Below are positions 61,586 to 64,000 of a stretch of 64,000 nt of DNA, in pieces (the first letter of the stretch is position 1; each line of letters begins with the position of its first letter). The notes beneath the pieces are model-generated. The model had not been told where the DNA came from and made no database searches. It saw only the letters and a program-made list of their open reading frames with translations. Origin of the DNA: Octopus sinensis (taxonomy: Eukaryota); contig NC_043000.1 in assembly GCF_006345805.1 (NCBI RefSeq), forward strand, positions 24,180,001-24,244,000. Direction: 5' to 3'. The position numbers and the translations under genes were made by a program.

Positions 61586-64000
61586 TAAGAGGGAAGGTAT
61601 GCACAGGGAAGGTATCTAAATATAAAAAGAAAAAGGTGTTTTTAAATTCTCTAAGTCAAACAAGAAAACAAAATCAATAAGTGTTGATTTCTGAATTTAT
61701 TATAGTTTTCTTTCCTGTTGTATTATGAGAATATTGTCTCTGAATTTGCATATAAAAAGCTGAGGATCGGAAACAAGAGAACAAAAACAAAAGAAAAAAA
61801 AAGAACATGTTTATTGATGTAGGGAACTTATGGAATAGCAAATCTCAAGAGATCAGCTGCTTAAATCATCTTAAGATTAAAAAAAAAAGATGAGTTTAAA
61901 TAACTTTTGCCATAAGTTTAAAATTAATGATAAATAAACAATGTTTATATACAAAGGCCTTCAAATATAAACTGCAAAATCAACAGAAGCATTATTGAAG
62001 ATTTAAAAAATAAAAATTGAAAAATTCTTTAACTTCTTGAATAGTGGTTTAAATGGGAAAAACTATATTCAAAATCTCTTCCCTTTCCAGGTTGCATGTA
62101 CATAATGAACCTGTTATCAGTTTTTAATTTTTTTTTTTTTTTGCTTCGCTAACCCATCTAACATGTCTCGTTTAGTTCCTATTGCTATAAAACACTGACA
62201 CAAAACTCTTTCTTTCAGATTCGGTGAATTAATGGCATTCGTATCACATGAAATAAATGGTATTTAAAGAATGAGTTTATTTTTCATAGAGGAGAATTAG
62301 TGATGTCATATAGCCAGCAGCCAAAAATGTCTGACCATATGATTACAACCAGACTATTTTAAATATCTTGCGACATGCATAGCTATTAAATGTATGGCCA
62401 TTTTGTAATAAATATTTATCTGTCGATGTAAAAAAAGGAGCTGTATATTTACATCAAGACAAACATTTCCTGTCTTGTGAGGATTCCAACCAGTTCAAAG
62501 TAGACTTGCCAACCTTCAAGTAATTCCCAAAAATTTATTAAGAGTTTGCTTTTTTTTTTAAATGCTTAATAATAAACACAGTACATGATGAAAACGATGA
62601 TGATGATAATGATGATAATAATATGGAAAACTCATTAATAAATTAAAATTCCCTTTTATTGTTTTTCCTTCATAACACCAGATATGACGACATTATTTAA
62701 AAAGAAAAAATGTTCACTTTCAGGGGTGTTTTTTTTTTTTAAGTTTTTTTTTTTTTTTTTGCCTAAATTTGTCTGAAATCATTTTTGTTTGCGCCTGCAC
62801 AAATATAGGTTTCAGATAAAAATCAAAAGTTTTTATTTATTTAATTTTTTTTCCATTTCAATTTCATAAAGTAAATTGCAATACATTGATTTTGTTTGAA
62901 TTTGTGGGCCATAGTCTGTTGCTTTAGAGGGACTTCATCAGAATATGTGTGTACAGGCATGTGTAATCTCAGCAAAATAACAAGGAAAAATGCAACATGC
63001 TACTGAATTTGAGAAATGAAAGGAATAAAGCACAAGGAAAGGAAAATCGTACACGTTACTACAGTTGGTTAAGTTTGTACTAAGATAAGCAATAAATAAA
63101 TTGTACACTTGAAGCTATCCATAGCTATTAAATATTTGAAATGTCTGAAACTGGTTATAAATGCTTAGTTGAGAGAAAATTGTGTGTCCTGTATAAATGA
63201 AATTAATTCCAAATTTAAAAAGAAAAAAAAATGGATTCTTTCAAAGTGGAATAGAACTATGGTATTCAGAGAGCATTTACGAGCCATCATATTGGCACAC
63301 TTTCTGTTTAGCACCCATTTTCCAGGTTTACATGAGTAAAATTGAGAAGGACCAAAAACCAAGGTATATTTACTAGAAATAAATAAACCGTTAAGCAAAT
63401 AAATTTACAATATTCCTTAAGAATATGAATAAACCCATATAACATTTTGATTTAACCCTTAGGAAATTTTTACTATACATATGTGTATAGTAAAGTTATA
63501 AATTTATTGCAACATGTATTTTGGCAGAACAATGCTCTTTAATTCTATCCTGTAAATTTGGAATATCAAATTAGCAAAGTAGACCTAATACAGAACAAAA
63601 CAAGGTTATTCAAAATCATTTAGAGAGAAAAGATGTTTTTAATTTAAAAAAAAAAAAATTACTGGAAGACATGAATTACATGTTAAAGTCTTCTTTGAAC
63701 TATATTGACAGAAAATACACACTTAAATTACTTATTGAAATAAAAGCTCCTATTAAAAAATGAATGTCTACCCTTAGCCATTGTCGGTAATCTAAGTACA
63801 CTTGTAATGCTACAGTTTACAAACTAAAGCTAATTCTAGAATCATATATTCTCGATTGTCAGCAGAAAACATGTTAGCATTTTTGCCAAGGTTTTCCTTT
63901 CGCAATAAAAAAAAATTGTAGATTAATTGTACAATTTATATCTGATTTTAACAAAATGGTAAACAAGAAAAATTCTAAGACTTCAAATAGGAAAACATAT

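Overview
AT-rich, repeat-dense animal genomic DNA. The SINE and LINE families look like those of an octopod cephalopod (inference, not verified), and there is one 100-N assembly gap. One protein-coding gene is supported: an 11-exon NitFhit fusion (Nit1-type nitrilase/amidase plus Fhit HIT hydrolase) on the + strand, CDS 9174-59620, 472 aa by manual splicing. It has a predicted mitochondrial presequence, a 24.9-kb first intron and two U12-type (minor spliceosome) introns. The rest is mostly mobile DNA: several SINE families, R4/Dong-like, CR1 and RTE LINE fragments, MITEs, Helitron-like elements, a dispersed 5S rRNA copy and a near-complete Naiad-type Penelope-like element (PLE). The most striking signal is a set of minimal type-I hammerhead ribozymes (HHRs). 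Eight have an intact or nearly intact core and four are decayed, falling into at least six sequence families, and nearly all have a palindromic stem III. They sit in PLE pLTRs and in short non-coding elements with PLE-style inverted termini. One such element combines a tRNA-derived Pol III head, an HHR and an inverted copy of its own 3' tail, which makes it a candidate Penelope-mobilised SINE. All folds and splice models were derived by eye and need computational and experimental confirmation.
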